From the NCBI GenBank assembly GCA_043228905.1, contig JBHGNT010000002.1, positions 5,890,001-5,954,000 of the forward strand: a stretch of DNA of 64,000 bases, given 5' to 3'. This document shows positions 59,926-64,000 of this stretch, piece after piece (the first letter of the stretch is position 1; each line of letters opens with the position of its first letter). The position numbers were made by a program, and so were the translations under genes. Source of the stretch: Azolla caroliniana. Taxonomy: Eukaryota > Plantae > Polypodiophyta. The notes beneath the pieces were generated by a model. That model made no database searches. It saw only the letters and a program-made list of their open reading frames with translations, and had not been told where the DNA came from.

Positions 59926-62274
59926 GGGATAAATTGACAAAAAGGGTTGGTGTCGTGGCTTGTTCGGCTCGGGCTTTTAGCACGTTGGCCTATTTGGGTG
60001 AGTTGGTCAATTTCACTCTGTCTTTTTCAGCTTTTCCCATCTCGAACAGTTCCGCTCTTGCCAATTTGGCTCTCATTAGTATTCTAGTCGATCCATATTC
60101 GGAATCAACTGGTGGAACTTTTGCCAATTTGGATTCGGCAGGGGGGCCACTAGTTTGTTAGACTTCCACAATTTGTCAAGTCGTAGATCGTCTTCATCCA
60201 ATTGGGTGAGATTGAATCAGACTCTTTTGTGGACCTTCTTCGGCAGGGTCCGGTCGGAGAGAATGGAGTCTTGATTGAAGACTACGTCATTACTTCGAAT
60301 AACCTTTGGAATTTATGAATCCCATATCCGATAGCCGAATTCCGCATCGGATCCATAACCGAGAAATATGCACTTTAGTGCATTCACTACCAACTTGGTC
60401 CTCTTGTCCCTAGGGATGAAGGCATAGGCTTCACATCCAAATGTATGGAGGCTATTGATTGTCAATTGTTTGCCAGACCATAGTGCATGTGACACTTTGA
60501 GCTAGATTTCTCTAGACACTGAAAGATTGATCAAATAAATTGTTGGGTGTAGTGCCTCAGCCTAAAAGTCCAGCTTCAGTCCGGTCTACTAGAGGATTGT
60601 CGTCGCTCTCTCTTGGATCGCCCGGTTCATCTATTCTGCCATGCTATTTTGCATGGGGGTATATGGAACAGTCTTTTAGTGCCGAATCCCTTTGTTGGTT
60701 GGGTACTTTTTGAAGGCTTGGGAGGTGTATTCACCTCCATTGTGGAATCAGATTGTCTTCACTTGGTGTCCGAATAGGTTCTCCACTTGCACTAGTCACT
60801 GAGAGAAGACCTGGAGTATTGTATCTTTGGACATCACTGAATAGGCCCAAACCTTCCATGTACAATCATCAACAAAGGTGGTGAAGTGCCGAGAGCCTCC
60901 TATTGATCTTTCGGGCATCAACCCACAGATATCGGTGTGGACAAGTTCTAGGGGTTGTCATTTCGTCTCGTAATTGAGAGAGTGTGGACTTTGGGTCTAT
61001 CTCCGAATGAAAATGCTTGCAGAAGTCCGTCTTTTTCTGGAGTTTTAGGATGTAGCCAATTGCCATCAGTCAGTCTAGTCCATCGTGGGACATTTGGTTG
61101 AGTTGGCCATGCCATAAGTTCGAATCCAACGATTCGGCTACATTCACCTTGCCCTCTGAATTGATCGAAATTAGCAAATATAGGTTGTTGTACTTGCATC
61201 CACACCCGATTTTCATGTTGCCTTGGCTAATCATCCATGACAACTCACTAAGAGTCATCCTATACCCAACTTTTGCTAACATGTCAATTGAGACCAGACT
61301 CCTTCGTAGCTCGGGTATGTGCTAGACTCGGTGCACGGTGATTGAATTGTGATTTGGCAAATGAATGTGGAACTTGCCGACCCAGTGATAACACACTCCT
61401 ACCCATTGCCGAGTTGGATTGTGCACCGGTTTCGACCGAATAGTTTGAAAACCTTTCAATGTCGGGGGTCACGTGAAATGTCGCATTGGAGTCATTAGCT
61501 AGGTTCGTGCTTCTTGTGCATGGTATACGACCTCACCAACCGAAGAGTTTTCCAACGAGAGGACTTCTCTTGACTAGGATTCAACAACATTGATTTGATT
61601 GCCGATTTGGGAATGGTTTAAGTCAGTCGATCTTGAATTCCACTCGAATTGCCGCCCATTCCCTCGTTTAACAGACCAGTAATCAGCAAGGTTGTAGCCA
61701 ACCTTTTTGCAATCGGATGGTCAACCTAGTTATCTCGTCCACGGATCGCCATTCTTTTGCAGTCATTGACGTCGGCTTATTGCTATGACGTATTTTTTCA
61801 ACTTGTCACCGGATGATAATAACATCATGCATCATCTCCTTCCACAAGGAAAAGTTTTTGCCATCGAATTTCCGGATTTCCACTCTTGTGCCGGATGTTG
61901 AAGCCATATTTTGTGAGAAGTGAGAGATTTTGTGACCTTGTCTTTTCCTTAAGCCGATTTCTTTCTTGGGTTTGATGTTGTTGTTGCTATTGGACTCCAA
62001 TCGCTTTGATACCAAATGTTGAATAATATGAAGTTATTGCGGAATGTTGAGAACCTATGAGTGAACCAATGAAGACAAGGAATAGTATGAAGAACAAGAG
62101 AAGTAGACCATTACACAGAGTTGTTGCTCAAGAGACTATCTTCTTATTTTCACCTGCAAAATTATGTTACAATACTTAGTCTCTCACATATATAGTTAGG
62201 GTAACTTAGCCCTCATTGTGAGGACATGTTCACACTAGGATAGAAATGGGTGGAGTGCGACTTTTAGCCCAACA

Positions 62275-63600
62275 ATGAATATGCTATACAAATTTGGTAG
62301 GACAGATTGTCAATCCATCATGACTCCTCTGGACAAGAACGAAAAGCTTCGCCACAATCTACTGTTGGCTTGCGATCCAACAAGATTCTAGTAGATTACC
62401 GGAAGCCTCATCTGTATGACGATCACGTGGCTAGACCTCAATCATCTGGTCCGCGTGATAAGTCAATTCTTGTCGATGCCGACGCTCGAGCACCTTCAAT
62501 GTGTGCATCGAAGATTGCGTTATGTCAGTAGCACAAAGAACCGTGGGTTGCTGTGTCGGCCCAACATAACCGAATAGTTAGCTAGCTATACGGACGCCGA
62601 TTGGAGTGGAAATGCTAGCAATCACTGATCAACATCTGGCTATGCCTTCTCCTTGAGGAGTGTGGTGATCACTTGGTGCAACAAAAAGTAGCTGACAGTA
62701 GCACTATCGAGCATTGAGGCCGAATATAAACGAGCGGTTGTCACTTCATGCAAGACCATATAGCTCAAGTGGCTATTGAAGGATGTGCAAGTGGAGGTTG
62801 TCGATCCAGTGTCGATCTATTGTGACAACTTGAGTAGCATCAAGCCTGCGAAGAACCCAGTCTTCCATGCTCGCCTAAACACATACAAGTAAATTATCAC
62901 TTTGTGCATGATCGCGCTCTCAGTTGTAAAGTCGAACTAAGTTATATTCATACCTATTGGCAAGTGGCCGATATCTTCACCAAGCCCCTTGGACTCAACA
63001 AGTTACAACACTTCTTGGAGATGCTTGTTTTGCAGCATCTTGATGCGTTGTACTTCAGTGGGAGAGAAGAAGAAGTTGATAAGAGGAGAATAGAAGGAAG
63101 CACACTGGCTAGGAAGAGACTTGCTCACAAGGGAAGCAACAGAGAAGATGGGCCAAAGTTGGAGCCAACAAAAGGCAAGGGGAGAGCCGATGGAGAAGAT
63201 GAATTGGAAACAACCGATTCAGATAAAGGTGATGATTCGGATGAGCCAAATCGTGTAAGCGCCAGATAAAGAAGAGGGCACCAAAGCCGTAGAGGTGGGA
63301 AGAAGGCTGATGAAGACCTAAGGAGCAAACAAGCCGACCAGACGAGTCGAGGAGCGTAGGACTAGACAAGTCGTGGAGCATGGGCCAAGAGGGGAGTTAA
63401 CAAAAGGAGCTGGAGTGGAGGACCGGTTGTAGCGAATGGCAACCTCAAGTTGAGCTTGAGGGGGAGTGTTGAGTGACAAGCTCAACATGAGCCGAATCGG
63501 CTAAAGGCAAAAACTCTTAGTCAACTGAAGAAGCTAAAAGCTGGATTGGCTAAAGCCGTTGACAGGCTGTGTATGCTAGATCGACAAATAACTGGACATG
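62275..63600 (+). mobile_element. Copia RT/RNase H 3' part with PPT and start of 3' LTR
   Basis: YTDADW, IYCDN, QVADIFTKPL; GAGGGGGAG followed by TGTTGAG at 63467. Confidence 0.85.
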
Positions 63601-63764
63601 CTACTAGGGCCTATATTCTTTTTTTTTTACAAAAAAAAATACTACATTAGTATTAGAAAACGCCATAAGGCTAAACATACAAGATATACCACCGATCCCC
63701 TATGTTTTTCTAAATTCTAACCATCGGCTTAAATAAACACTTCGGTGTTGAGCAAAACCACTCC

Positions 63765-64000
63765 GGGTGAAAGCATGGGAATGGGAACAATTAGCTATGT
63801 CCTTGACATAGCTAATTAGCTATCTAAAAAGCTACATGTAATCTGTATATTTTGGCATTTTTAGGGATGATTAGAATTTGATCTCAAATAAAGACTAGCT
63901 AAACGGTGGACCATAAATGGTAATATTTCCATCCCCATCATAAATGATATGTATCTTTAAGATCTTCCAACTAAAAATTAGCTATAAAAAAAACTATTTA
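63765..64000 (+). mobile_element. Left end of another Sola2-like family member, probably a short derivative; runs off the window
   Basis: GGGTGAAAGCATGGGAATGGGAACAATTAGCTATGTCCTTGACATAGCTAATTAGC matches 45976; AAAGACTAGCTAAAC near 63890 matches the right subterminus near 51907. Confidence 0.8.

Larger units (their letters stand above)
44790..62274 (-). mobile_element. Old Ty1/copia element fragmented by the Sola2-like element and a copia nest
   Basis: 5' LTR 62017-62274; PBS 62003-62014; gag and integrase 59931-62000; RT at 52000-52614 and 44790-45975; LKKSFYGLQQAP is restored across the Sola2-like insertion. Confidence 0.82.

Overview
TE-dense nuclear DNA from a land plant, probably a fern or other non-seed plant (inferred from Tcn1-like chromoviruses, Sola-like elements and an unedited-looking nad4L insertion). 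There is no intact host gene. Most of the window is nested, decayed Ty1/copia and Ty3/gypsy LTR retrotransposons. The main find is a TIR-bounded DNA transposon family present twice: copy 1 at 183-16233 (about 8.9 kb after removing three nested LTR insertions) and an inverted, internally deleted copy 2 at 38407-44586. It has 29-bp TIRs, a Sola1/DUF7869-like DDD transposase and, divergently, a six-exon gene joining a ParB/Srx-like domain to a bacterial-type beta-class N6-adenine/N4-cytosine DNA methyltransferase (DIPY, QKP, DLFxGxGTT). An array of 11 palindromes sits in the first intron of that gene. A second, Sola2-like element (45976-51995) carries a spliced RING-finger gene and two satellites. 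Other items: a minimal type I hammerhead ribozyme, tRNA-like modules in gypsy LTRs, a self-priming-type PBS, and a patch of gene fragments (TARBP1-like, nad4L, SAM synthetase). All domain calls come from reading motifs by eye; no database searches were run.
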